A stretch of DNA of 64,000 nt, taken from assembly GCA_964035545.1 (NCBI GenBank), contig OZ037773.1, positions 1,703,751 through 1,767,750 of the forward strand, read 5' to 3'. The stretch is from Bugula neritina. Lineage: Eukaryota; Animalia; Bryozoa. The notes under the pieces were generated by a model, which was not told the DNA's origin, searched no databases, and worked only from the letters and a program-made list of their open reading frames with translations. This document shows, one piece after another, positions 25,501-37,652 of this stretch. The translations under genes were made by a program, and so were the position numbers. The stretch's first letter is position 1. Each line of letters begins with the position of its first letter.

Positions 25501-25574
25501 AGGCTAAGGATTATTGCTGGCCAACAACCGATCCAGCATTTAATTTTGAACAAATTCAGCATAAGAACAGTTGA
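22526..25574 (+). CDS. ALKBH1: AlkB homolog 1, Fe(II)/2-oxoglutarate nucleic-acid dioxygenase
   Basis: Exons 22526-22645, 23583-23845, 24010-24076, 24525-24724, 25067-25574 are in phase. Motifs KLRWVTLGYHYDW, AEAAIVNFY, GHTDHSE (HxD), GDVVIMSG.AR.SYHAVP, RINLNVRQ. Confidence 0.95.
22776..22979 (+). mobile_element. tRNA-derived SINE, copy 2, with 17-bp TSD
   Basis: A box TGGTCTAGGGG, B box GGTTCGAGCCC, AGT anticodon-like loop, (TTG)n tail; TGAAAGACTATTGTACA at 22759-22775 and 22980-22996. Confidence 0.93.
23016..23440. mobile_element. Foldback/palindromic MITE-like element in ALKBH1 intron 1
   Basis: Two ~205-bp imperfect inverted arms (e.g. TTTAGCTGCTAATGAACATGGGTTTTTGCCCAAA and TTTGGGCAAAAACCCATGTTCATTAGCAGCTAAA) meeting at ~23225-23232. 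Confidence 0.85.
24102..24432. mobile_element. hAT-type MITE remnant in ALKBH1 intron 3
   Basis: CAGGGCTGTCCAAC left end and degenerate GTTAGACACCCCCG right end; internal GGGCC/GGCCC motifs; TSD not recognisable. Confidence 0.6.
24790..25030. repeat. 20-21-bp minisatellite (ATAGTATGTAGTAATGTGCT)n
   Basis: About 11 tandem units in ALKBH1 intron 4. Confidence 0.9.
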
Positions 25575-27164
25575 ACATTGAAAGGTCTCTCATATTTTAC
25601 AGACAATTATTTAAATTTATACTTTCAAAGTGATGTAGAAGTTTATTTTTATGTTCTACTGCAATAGCATCTTTTACGTTACATAACACAATATGTATCT
25701 ACTGAGGATGTTTGCTATTTGAAGTGTTGATAATTTTATAACCTTTTATCTTTCAACTTGTAACAATTTACATTATGCATGCAAGTAATGCATCGTACAA
25801 TAATATTGTAATATAGAGTTGTATTTTCCGATTCTTTTCAAATACTTATATACTTAAAGATGGCGTTAGTAACATAAATTATGGCGGTTCAGACAATTAT
25901 TCAGCTTTATGTTTACTTTTTTATCATAAACAATCCTGTAGCCACTTGTTAAAGATCTAAAACAATTGCAAAAGCAAGGCAAAATATATGATATGCATGT
26001 TACCATAGTGATGACAGCCATGCTGTAGTAAATATTTGTTATGCATACCAGAGTTCTTTGCATTGAAAAGTCAATTACATGCTTTCACTACTGATTTGAT
26101 TTTAGGCGACAAATATCTCATAAACCCCCACTACCTTACACATTTGTAAATTCGCTTTTTCACCTGCCAGTTATCTAGAAATTTAAAATAAAGATAAAAA
26201 GCTGTCAGTTAAAACCCCTACCTGTCATTACTAGAATCAGGTTAAACATGCACAGCAAAATCTTTTTTCATAAATTTCATAGTTACCTTTTAGCTGAATT
26301 TTCAGCATTAGGTGCAAATTAAAGACTTGTAATTAGTAATAGAAAGCAAACTTGAATTTACTATATAATATGTTTTGTTTATTATATTCAAGTCAAAGAA
26401 TAAGCATAAACAAAAAATCACATATAACCTGAAAAAACAGCAGTTGACTATTCGCTAATAGCATTGCAGTTAGTTGAAGCGCACTTGCCATGAATGGTTG
26501 ACAATGTGCAGCATGGTTTGTAGAATGGATGTCGAAGTGTCTTATTTCAATTCACCAATGTAGATTTATAAATAGCTGATAGCTGTTTGCGACAGTAAAT
26601 ACACCTAAAACATAACCAATACGAGTTTTAAAGCAGTGCAAGAAATATGAGTAGTGGGGAAAATACAATAAATATTTTGAATTAAATACAAGAAACAATC
26701 TAAAACCTTGTAATAAAATGTTGGCACAAACATGTGTTTTTGAAAACAAATAGTTTACGTCTAACTTGAACAGTAAAATACTTCTAAAATCACAAGAAGA
26801 TAACTCCCGAATCCAACATTTACTAGGGTGAGGCCATTATAATTTATTATCTACAATCTTGTGCAATAGCATAAGAATGGCTTCAGCTGATTAGGAATCC
26901 CTCCAAAGTATCACTTAGGGCTAAGGCTAACAAGTAGCAAATGACTTTTACACAACAATGATTTGGGAGTTGCCTGATCTGAAGTGAAACATTTCACTCA
27001 AAGATTTGTGAAGTTCTTCTTTACATTTACGTTTATAAAAAAGCTTTTAAATATTGGTCCACAAGAAATGACAGAATCGAAGAAAAACAATCGGAGCAAA
27101 CTACGCCTTATTTCGGAGAAGAAGCAAGCTCTTGTATTAATCTAATTATTATGATTTTGCTTTT

Positions 27165-27485
27165 ATCCCAGCAAATAGCTCACCTCTATCCCAGCATATT
27201 ACTCACCTCTATCCCAGCATATTACTCAATTCTGTCCCAGCATATTACCCACCTCCACCACAGCATATTACTTAGCTCTATTCCAGTGTATTACTCAATT
27301 CTGTCCTAGCATATTACTCACTTCTATCCCAGTATATTACTCAATTCTGTCCTAGCATATTACCCACCTCGATCACAGCATATTACTTAGCTATATCCAT
27401 GCATATTACTCACCTCTATCCCAGCATATTACTCACCTCTATCCCAGCATATTACTCAATTATGCCCTAGCATATTACTCACTTC
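27165..27485. repeat. 23-bp minisatellite (CAGCATATTACTCACCTCTATCC)n
   Basis: About 14 diverged tandem units. Confidence 0.9.
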
Positions 27486-27756
27486 ATAACTAAGAGCATC
27501 CAGAGAGTTGATTCTCATTCTTAAACTGTAACGTGTTCCACCAAAGCAATCAAGTTCTGCACTAAGTCAACTGGTCCAATGACTTGAGTTCCATGCACAT
27601 ACAATAAATAATACAGTAGATAATACATTTATACTTCTCCTAAACAAAATGCTGTTGGAAAATACAATGCTTTGAGAAACAATTTGACCGCTAATCTTAG
27701 AACAGCCAAATATGACTAGTTTATAAATTTCAATAGCGGCTGTAATATCTCTCACC

Positions 27757-30700
27757 CGTTAGTCGATGTTGTTATTGAACCAAAGGAGTTAGCGCCGCCC
27801 AGGATCATGGGAAAAAGCATAGGGAACAAAAAAGAGGAAGAAAACCTATAGAAGGAAAAGATGATAAATACGACCGATGGAAAAGGCCTAGCTGAGCATG
27901 ATAAGGTACCACAAGCACACCGATGGACACGAGAGCCAACAAGAATATTGAGCGGACGGGATTATATTAGAATTATTCACCTAAGATATAAAACACTAGT
28001 AACCAACTCGCTAAGGAATAGAATTGGCCCATCTCAAAATATTTAGTACACACAGAAAAAAATTATCAAAAAATAAAATTTGTAGTAGAAAGCTCAAACT
28101 TTGTGATAAGGGTAATTATTAGGTGCTGAATTCAAATATGAAATTATTTTTTGCTATAGGTGCTTAAACTTGACCTTTAACCTCTCAAAAGTCCGCAGTC
28201 CAAAAAAATGGTGAAATATAAATGTTTATATTTTAATAAGCAAAACATGGTTTTAGACTAATATAAGGGCTCTGAATTTAAAAATAATACTAGTTTTTAT
28301 CTGTGATAGACACATTTATACCTTTGGCTTTATAAAGTCAACACCCAAAAAAAATTTATTAAAAATATTGCAGCATAAAGACAAAAGTTTTATGATTGGT
28401 TTTAAACAGAATGACTTTATTTTGGAAAATAATTTTCTACAGACTAAACTTTTAAAATTGACAGCATATGCATACAGCAGGTGCCTTTCCAAACCACTTA
28501 TGAGGTAGGCTAATAGCTTGTTACTTTTTTGTATAAATTGACAGTTCACCAGTAGTCCTATTATATGGAGTACAAGACATTCACACAAACAAAATGCATG
28601 CACAAAACATAAAATATTGTCAACAAACCATGAAATACATATTCACTAACACACTTCCTTCTACCTTATCTACACTCACATCTCCTCCTACAAAAAACAG
28701 TAAGACAAATTATAGAATGTTTGCTAATGTTGATGTTCACATTTAAACTTTCATCATTATTTCACAAGTAGCAGTTGCAGAAACCATGTGAGCTTGAGCT
28801 GATGTTATTGCAGCCCTCTCAATATTTTGCTAGTTGTAGGAGTAGATTGTTTAGTCTACATTTCTATTGTACTGGCTTCATCGTAAGATTTATCTAAACT
28901 TAATTAAGCTGTATATTTCAAGTATGATTTTTATTTTAATCGCTCTTCTGAACTTTCAATTTGTCTATACTTGTTCAGATGTTGACATACCCCTCAGTTG
29001 TTGCTTCCTTCTCTCTTGCTGCTCTTCAGACCACTGCTTTTTTCTGATGAAGCATGGCTCCTAGCAGTGGACTGTTGCCTGGTCTTGAAAGGCATGGAAC
29101 TATTCTATACAATATAAAAACTAAAATATATGAGTTTTTTAGTTTGGTAAGCTATTGAGACTAATGCTTAGAAGAATGAGGGTTAGCTATAATCTAAGTT
29201 ATTGGCTATTAATAACTTAATGCATATGATGATGAAACTAAATAGTTGCAAAACAAGAGCTAGCCTTCAGAATAAAGTTGTATTTAAATTGACTATTAGT
29301 GTTACAAGCTATTACACTATTGACAAGTTGTTAGCAATGATTAATTTGCTTAAGTACCCGTAGCGTACATGTCCGTAGTATAACTTACTCATTCAACTTA
29401 AACCTAAGGAGCTAATCCAAATCACTATTATGTACTAAGTAGATATATTAACATATTAATTTTATTGCAACTTATTCTTAAATTTCTAATTAAATTAAAT
29501 TTATCAAGTGCAAACTATAAAAAATGCCAATAAGCAGGGATCAAGCACTCAGAGTGAGAGTAGTAAGAGTAAGAGTAATCACTTAATGCTTATGTTATTA
29601 AGAAAAGTAATACTAATAGTATTAGTATTGGTAATATCATATTGAGTTCAATATCATTACACTTACAGTTTGAATTTACACATTGCAGTTTACAATATTC
29701 AGTATTGACTATTGAATTCAAAATGAATCATTAAATGGTGAATGGCTACTACAATTTCAATTTGAATTTTAAGTTGCTGATCGCGACAATAAAAGTTTTA
29801 GTTGAATATAAATTATGGCAATTCAAAACTAAAGTCTAAATACGCAAGTGCAATTTAAACTTAATGCATTAAAAAGTTATTTACTTAGTTATTTAGTTCT
29901 TATTTCCCCATTATCATTTATTTTAAATTATTAATATTAATAATAGAAATGTTATGATAAACTTAAAGAGTTACTCGTTATCGTTATGATTGGGATTATC
30001 ATTGTAAGAATTGATAAAACAAAAGAATAAAGCCTTAGAGAAAAATTGACTGAAAGTTATATTGTTTGATAAATATAAAAAGTTATGAGAAGTTTGGAAA
30101 AATACAATTAATACTAACCTGACGAAATAAATGAAAACTAAACCGCTATGCCATCAGATTATTTTCTTGGCAACAAACCGGATGCGCTACTATACTCTAA
30201 ATTCTAGAAGTTTTAAGATGACTTTATTTATGAAAACAAAATTAGATTACTGTGTAATTATTTTATACTTATGAATAAACAAAATAAAAATATATTTTTT
30301 CTTGTAAAAAATGAGTTTGAGCAAAATAATAAAATTTAACTACTTTATTTGAGAGTGTAAACAGAAAGCGTTAGCAATTTCGTTCTCGCGTGCTCATACT
30401 CAATTTACGGACAATTGTTGCGGACAAAAAATTCGTGAGGTTGAAACACTAAAACAGGAATATCTAAACTTGTACTGCTAGGAATTAGACATTCAGCACA
30501 CCAAGAGATTGACAAGCTTTTTTAGAACAGTTTAAGGAAAAAATTATAATCATAATATATATTTATAAAAAAGTTATGCTATGTCAAAGTTGAAATGTGT
30601 TACCCACTGAATTTATTTTTCAGTGGGTAAAATTTATAAACTTGTCATTTTTTCAATAAAAAATGCAAAATATAGCTTAAATATACTAATTTTATAATAA

Positions 30701-30970
30701 ATTAAAATGTTTTTTATTCTGGGACACAGTGAGTTCACATATTTGAAGCATCAGAGAGCTAGACAACATCATTTTTGAAAACCTGTCCTTATTTTGCACT
30801 GTACTAATTATTTTGAGATGAGCCAATAAATAAAGGTGTTTCGGCTTTTTGCCCAGTATGTATCAACACCCCACACACACTCAGTCACATATTACAAACA
30901 TGCCCACAATCACACGGACCACGTGTACACAGGCACAACACCATAGTAGAATATTTATGTAACAATAGAC
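27757..30970 (+). mobile_element. R2-like non-LTR retrotransposon 3' fragment, split by a DNA element
   Basis: 27757-28024 and 30826-30970 are colinear with 42583-42990 (HRWTREPT..HLRYKTLVTNSLRNRI / NKGVSAFCPVCINTPHTLSHILQTC). Confidence 0.88.
28025..30825. mobile_element. 2.8-kb non-autonomous TIR DNA transposon with 2-bp AT target-site duplication
   Basis: TIRs TGGCCCATCTCAAAATATTTAGTACA and TGTACTAATTATTTTGAGATGAGCCA. Removing the element plus one AT restores the R2 codons AGA ATA AAT AAA. Confidence 0.88.
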
Positions 30971-31949
30971 ATCTTTCGTCAAAGCCAACAGATGTAACTA
31001 GGCACTACGGACTCCTGTATTCAAGGGCTGATGGTAATGATGAACTAAGGAAAAATTACTGCCAGTAAACTGGAACTCACCAGGCCAATAGCATTGAGGA
31101 TCTATGGAATGATCACCCATACAAAATTCATCCAGATGTGACAATCTGTAAGGTTGCAATGGGTACCAGCTATCTGCAGGGTCAGCCACTGTGACTACAG
31201 AACTGCTGGGCTCGTCCACGTCAATCCTTGCCAGCCCAGCGCACTTTTGTAGTTGAGAGGGGTGTGTTGGCAACTGACAAAACCCGATTCATTCTAAAAT
31301 TAACTTGTCAGCAAATTCAAATGACCAATGAAAATAAAATAAAAAAGAAACTCATACTAGCTGGACGTCACCCAGGATAAAAAGTTCCAAAACAAAATTA
31401 AACTGAAATTTGCATCATGAACCATCAAAACTATGCCGGATCAGCATAATGCAGACAGATCCGGGCGACAAAGTAGAGCTTGCAAAGTACGACATCGACA
31501 TGGCTGCCTTCAGGGGTGCAAGACTTACTTAACAGACATCCGCAAAGTCAACAAATATAGTTGTAGGAAGCCTCAGGGCAGCTTATCTAGAAGGAGACTG
31601 AGTACCTCTATATTCTTGCACCAAGTGCTGTACCTCTACGTGGTGAGAATCGGTAACACTAACACTGGGACACTTTCCCAGCAGCTAATGGAGGACAGAC
31701 GACTGACAGACAGAATAACCCGAATCTCTTGTATGCTCTCCGGTGTATCATATCCGGTTTGTGACAACTCTGTCTCACTCCATCAAGCAAAGTTCTACTC
31801 TATCATGGCTACACACTCTAGAAGCAGTGCATCATTCACATATAACGATTCAGATGGAGTGAACTGAGCGAACTGGCTTTGCAAGTAGGAACTAGCACAG
31901 TTCAAGCAAGCATTTTAAGATTCCGTGCCTATAGGGTGCGACGCATGTA

Positions 31950-32863
31950 ATCAATTTACATGTACCATCTGTCGCCGATCATTCACCAAAAGGGCAGTCC
32001 TTCCATTACACCTAAGAAAGGCACACAGTGCTCAATACCATGCTACCATACCTATAGTGAGAAAGCAGAGATAGAACTACAAGACTTTATCGGAGGTAGC
32101 AAGATGGGAAGCAAAATTTGAAGGTGCCAGAAACATCAACCAGAAAATTCCAGCAAAGCTGCAATGTATACAATCGAGCAGATCAAAGGAGTTCGTAACA
32201 AGAATCCACAATACCGAGGGATATTAGATACCATCTGGAATGAACCAAACGCAGAAAGTACTACACCAATGGACGAACCAACCACCCAAACAGATGCCAC
32301 CAATGCTGTAGGCCATCAAGCAGCGCTTAAATCTGACTTAAAAAACTTCTAAAATACATTGATTTCGATATGTTATGTACTAAGTTGCCACTTGCAGCGG
32401 ATCCCAAGACACTAATAAGCTGTCAGAGTTTCATAAACAGAGTATTCAAGTCACTCTTTTCTAGCAAAGTACTGAAATTAAAATGAGTGAAGGTCATCCA
32501 CCCAAAGAAGGCGATACTAACAGGTCGGAGAAAGTGCAGATTAGCCTGAAGTCAGATCCTAAGATCGTGACTAACCAGATCATTGCAAGCAGCTATGCAC
32601 AAGATGAAGTGTCAATACCACCATCAGTCAAAGCCTACTGGTGGAATTTATTCCTAACTAGTTTGGCGCCCGACAACAGACAGCTAAAAGCTCAATACAT
32701 CCACAATGAGCTACTTCAACCTATTACACCTGCTGAAATAACCAATATCTTGAACAAAAAGTCAAAAGGATCACCAGGAACAGACGGTTACACCTGGAGG
32801 GACCTAAAGAAGGTTAACATGACTCTCTTAAGGTTGTGTCTCTACCTTTGGCTGATAGGCTAA
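31950..32863 (+). mobile_element. R2-like element N-terminal fragment (C2H2 zinc finger, Myb domain, start of RT), pseudogenised
   Basis: FTCTICRRSF..LHLRKAH; EVARWEAKFEGARNINQKI..YTIEQIKGVR; LLQPITPAEI..SPGTDGYTWRDL; contains stops and frameshifts. Confidence 0.8.
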
Positions 32864-32867
32864 TAAG

Positions 32868-33495
32868 CTGGTCAGGTCAGGTTGATCGCCAACCTGCTAC
32901 TGGTAACCATGTAATCCAGTACTACCTGTTGCATGGGCCGGGCGGTCGGGGACTAAACCGACAACTCCTCTTTTAGAGGGACCTGGAGGAACTAGAAACA
33001 ACATCCACCAGGAAACATCTCGGGCCCATGGAATCCCGTAAGCAATACCATCAGCTGGTAAGGGCGGATGAGTCTCCTACAGACCAACGGTTGTCCATTG
33101 CCATTGGATCAGGGTAAGACAAGCCAAGCCAGTGGCTCTCTGCAGTGCATCATGAGAACCACTTCAATCCACGCACAGCATTCTGCCTGCTAACACTTAC
33201 AAAGCCCTATGACGATTAGAAGGTGGCGACGGGGACAGGGCAGTGAGGCCTGGAAGTCCTCAGCTCCCAGCTAGCACATAGACGGTAAAAGCTTATCAGT
33301 CACTCATCTCTTGGATTGGACAGGAAAAATGTTCGGTAGTGGCTTTCACGACTGAGCAGCACCTCAATCCGAGGAAAGGACTAGAAAATGTGTCCCAGAC
33401 ATGTAGAATTCAAAGAGGTCATCAAGCTACTCACAAACAGCTGTAGGCAGACATCATACTCTACTTACAGGGATAGCAAAGAGATAGAGAGAAGT
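32868..33495. mobile_element. GC-rich non-coding insertion, possibly a non-autonomous element derived from RTE-type LINE UTRs
   Basis: Abrupt GC-rich block that truncates the R2 ORF and ends in a GAGATAGAGAGA-type tail; family resemblance is from memory only. Confidence 0.3.
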
Positions 33496-33893
33496 TGAAG
33501 AGTTCATCTTTAATGGATTTGTCTTCTCATGTATTTTAGTTACTAGTTACAGTTATTTTTTTACAATTATAAAATTCATATTAAATAGTATTTGTGTTGA
33601 CTTTGATTTTTTACAATTTATATTTGTTATTTTTGTTGAGAGTCTAGCTGCGCAAAAGCTAACTGCGCACGTGGGAATTAGTTAGGAGTTAGACATTTTG
33701 GAGAGTTATTGCGAGTTAGTTTAGCGTGGTCGTGTTGTCTATTATCTAATAAAATAGTCATAAAACCTATCCAAGTAAGTTCTGTTTTATATAATAACAG
33801 GCAATAGTAAAGAGACTTCGATAATTAACAGTACAATCCAACTGCAGTAATATTCAGTCTACTAGGAGGTTGTCTAATTATAATTGTTCATCA

Positions 33894-34771
33894 CTTTTAT
33901 AATTGGTCTAAGGTTGACAATAGTTTACATTGCTAATCCCAGCGTAACTATTGGTTGCAAGCAATTAATTATTCATTAATTCTCGCTGTTGCCTGGTTTA
34001 TAACTGCTTATCCCATTCATAGCCAGTTTTATACTGTACACTGCAGTAAGCAGAGGCAGGTTGTGGCAGCAAGAGAATAATCTTTTCTTGTTGTCTTCAG
34101 TTGATACTGAATTTGACAGGTTATCTCTGTTAAAACAGTAGTCATACACTTATCGTAATAACCCCCACAAGTAGTTGTGTAGAGGCATCGTTGGGTCACT
34201 CGCCTTACAGTAAAAATCCTCTAGACTGGTGGCAGCGGTAGAATCAGTTATGGAAGATAAGACTGAAAATAATCGTCCCTTAAATAGCTGAATAAGTAGG
34301 ATTGTTGTTGGTTAAATTCAGGTGAATAAGATGACCGCCCACAACATTGCTGTGTGTTTCACTCCCAACTTCTATCGCTCTAAACCCAACTGCAAGCAGA
34401 TCCAGTTGCAGACAGAGACTGTAGAGATCTGTATCACCAACGTCTTCAACATAGGTCACCAAAAAAATCGAGAAGAAACATCACATGGTATAATTCTCTA
34501 TTCCACAGCTGCAGTGCACTACCCTCAATTAAAACGCTCTGTATAATATTATACATAGCGATAAGCTCTACTTATCTCGCCCAGCTTGGTATATTATTAG
34601 TAAAAAAACAGATCATCATTATAAAATTGAGTGAAGAATATTATTTAACTTTGAAACCCAGAATGAAATAGTGTACTTTGAAAAAAATTAAGAGCTTAAC
34701 TTTTAGGGCAAGTGAGTAGGGGAGAGTGGGGAAGACGGACCAGTGGGTAATATGAACCACCGCTTGATTGA
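33894..34771 (+). repeat. ~875-bp segmental duplication, copy 1
   Basis: Near-identical to 40687-41562 (offset ~6791). Contains a PBS-like motif, a RhoGAP-like exon and the left end of a pogo-like element. Confidence 0.95.
34322..34487 (+). pseudogene. Orphan RhoGAP-like exon (second copy 41113-41278)
   Basis: TTCAG acceptor and G|GTATAA donor; VNKMTAHNIAVCFTPNF matches the C-terminal RhoGAP motif NKMxxxNLAxxFxPxL. Confidence 0.65.
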
Positions 34772-34812
34772 TAAAAAATCTCCCGAGCATCCACATCTCC
34801 CGAGCCATCAAG

Positions 34813-35112
34813 AAATTTGATGGCTCGGGAGATGTGGAGTTGTATCTCCAGCACTTTCAGGAGATTAAAGAGGCTAATGGATGAACAGATGCAGGAGCTC
34901 TGTTACACCTCAAGTGTGCTCCGGAAGGGGCAGTAACCGATTGTGGCAGAGGAAGTACGCTTGAGTTAATCTGCCAGGCCCTGCAAAGCCGGTTTGGCAT
35001 GAGCACTAGGTGTGCTCGTGAAAAGTTACACCAACTGAGATATGAACCGAATAGTTCTCTCCTTGTCCTTGGCTCATAAGTAGAGCGACTAGTCTCAATT
35101 GGGTACCCAGAC
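34813..35112 (+). mobile_element. Gypsy-type gag fragment
   Basis: KFDGSGDVELYLQHFQEIKEANG*..LLHLK..ALQSRFG..AREKLHQLR..VERLVSIGYP, with in-frame stops. Confidence 0.7.
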
Positions 35113-35283
35113 ACTGGGCATCATTTTGAGCAAGGCGCAAGGTATCATTGCTGTTCAGGGCATTTTATCTAATCAAGATTATATTTTTAATATAATAACA
35201 CAATGTGAGGATGTTTTGTCTAACATAATAGGTTACAATTCAGAATTTAATTATGACGCAAATATTGTGGAACTTAGTGATAT

Positions 35284-35555
35284 TGTAATGGGGCGTGGTT
35301 TACACGTCACGCGCACCCCCTGCCAATCACAGAGTTATAGATAACAATCGTATTAAGCCATACAGACAGTTAGTAGTTAGTTGGAGCGTAATTACAGTGA
35401 TGTAAAGTAGCAAGTTCCGTGATACATAGAGATATTTTTTGCATTGTATTATATAATTTAATAAAGCTTCTAATCGAAACTACCCTTGAGTTATCGGTGA
35501 TTAAATGCTAATTAGACTCGCTTGAAAGCCCACATAACTCTTGTATCGCACAACA
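35284..35555 (+). mobile_element. Solo LTR (272 bp) with 4-bp ATAT TSD
   Basis: TGTAA...CAACA termini, internal AATAAA at 35460, ATAT on both sides; absent from the paralogous empty site at ~37107. Confidence 0.85.
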
Positions 35556-35674
35556 ATATTATAATCGCGCTAAATACTATTGTAGTCAGTATACCTAAAA
35601 GCCCTTCGTTACCCAAGGCTAGGAACTCAGTGAATCGTAGCAGTAATATTGCTGCTGTACCTAGCCCAAAAGAT

Positions 35675-36740
35675 GGACACTAATAGCCTCATTACACCCG
35701 CTGACAAAACAAACAACTTTTACAACATGAAAATTATCAACTACAGAAAGCTACTGCACAACATCACTAAGGATTGCGAAAAACTGATCAAAACACACAC
35801 CAAGAAAAAAAACTGTGAAACTAAACATATTGGGAAGTCTCTGCAAATCGAAGACAAAATTAGAACCATTAATACAACTGAGGCATACATAAAACTGACG
35901 GACCATAAGCTTTATTTTATGAACAACTCTTGAGTGCAGACTAATAAATTCAAGTAAAACAGAAATGAGTATTATCAGCAAAAAAATAGACCAGATAAAT
36001 AAGGCTGCAATTCCAAAACTAGCTTTAAATAAAAATTTTTTGGACAAATAATTCTGAGGTAATTAAATGGTTTACAAGTTTAGGTAGCAACAAACGTTTA
36101 TCTTTTGTTGTATTTGACATTGTCGACTTTTCTCTTTTTATCTCTAATGAATTACTCCACACTGCAATTGAATTTGCTGCAGGACATACAACCATAACAG
36201 TTACAGCCCCCACTGTGATTTTCTATGCAAGGAAAATGTTATTATACCAATCTGGCCAACCTTGGAGTAAAAAGTGCGTCCATTATTTGACACCACAATG
36301 GGCAGCTATGATGGTGCACTCTAATTGGCATATTTTTACTTCATAAAGTTAACCAGAAATTAGGAAATACCCTTGGTTTGTATCGTGATGACGCCTAGGA
36401 GTAACAGACACACTGGAAAATATAGATGGGATTAAAAAATCGATGTGCAAAAAAATTTCAAAAACGCAGTTTAAAGATAACCATTGCAGCAAACAAGTCA
36501 ACTACCCAGATATAAATTTTGACGTCAGTAAAATAATACACAAACCCGATGTAAAACACAACAGCAAGATTTCTTATGTAAACTCTAAATCTAATAATCC
36601 ACTCCATATCACAAAAAACATTCCACAAGCCATAAACAACTGAATTTCCAACCTCTTGTCTAGCGAAAAGTTTTAATCAATCAACAAAGATACATCAAGA
36701 AACACTAACTGAAAGTTAAATGACCATGACATAAGATGCA
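35675..36740 (+). mobile_element. Penelope-like retroelement RT fragment (YRDDG type, Naiad/Nematis-like), decayed
   Basis: PADKTNNFY, FVVFDIVDF, FDTTMGSYDGA, GLYRDD, YVNSKSNNP; frameshifts. Region 35117-35870 is partly duplicated at 36945-37412. Confidence 0.8.
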
Positions 36741-37652
36741 ACACAGCTGTTTATTCAATTTATTAATTTTGTGAAGCGCATTATGAATATGACCAACTGG
36801 TGTCTTCTGATGATCAATGTGAGGAGTACCGTACAGTCTTTGGCTTGAAAAATGAGCAATAATTTACTACTGTAAATGACTTGTATGATACTTCTATCAA
36901 TCAGTATAAACAACAGCATGCTCAATGATGCATAAATCAGTTGCGCATCGTTTTGAGCATGGTGCAAGGTATCATTGCTGCGCAGGGCATCTTATCTAAT
37001 CAAGATTATGTTTTTAATATAATAACACCATGTGAGGATGTATGGTGTAACATGATAGCTTATAATTCAGGATCTAATTATGACGCAAATATTGCGGACC
37101 TTAGTGATATAACCAAGCTAAATACTTTTGTAGTCAGTATACCTAAAAGCCCTTCTTTACCCAAGAATAGGAACTCAGTGAATCGTAGCAGTAATAATGC
37201 TGCTGTACCTAGTCCAAAAGATTGACACCAATAGCCTTATTACACCAGCTGGCAAAACAAACAACTTTTACAACATGAAAATTACCAACTACAGAGAGCT
37301 ACTGCACAACATCACTAAGGATTACAAAAACTGATCTAAACACACACCAAGAAAAAATCTGTGAAGCTAATCATATTGGGAGGTCTCTGCAAATCGAAGA
37401 CAGAATTAAAACCAATGAACTCAATAATATCAACTGTAATGGGTACGAGTGTACTTTATAATGTAACCTCGTTGCCGATTGGCTTTGTGAGCCCGAGCAT
37501 GCTCTTTTGCTAGCGGGAGAAAATAGAGCCGGTCGTCCATCATTTCGATTGAGTGAATCTTACTTTTAAACTTTGTTTTTTGTCCTGCTTTATATCTGAA
37601 ACGACTATATTTCTATTTAATTGTGCTTTTTATCACCTCTACTTCGTTAAAC

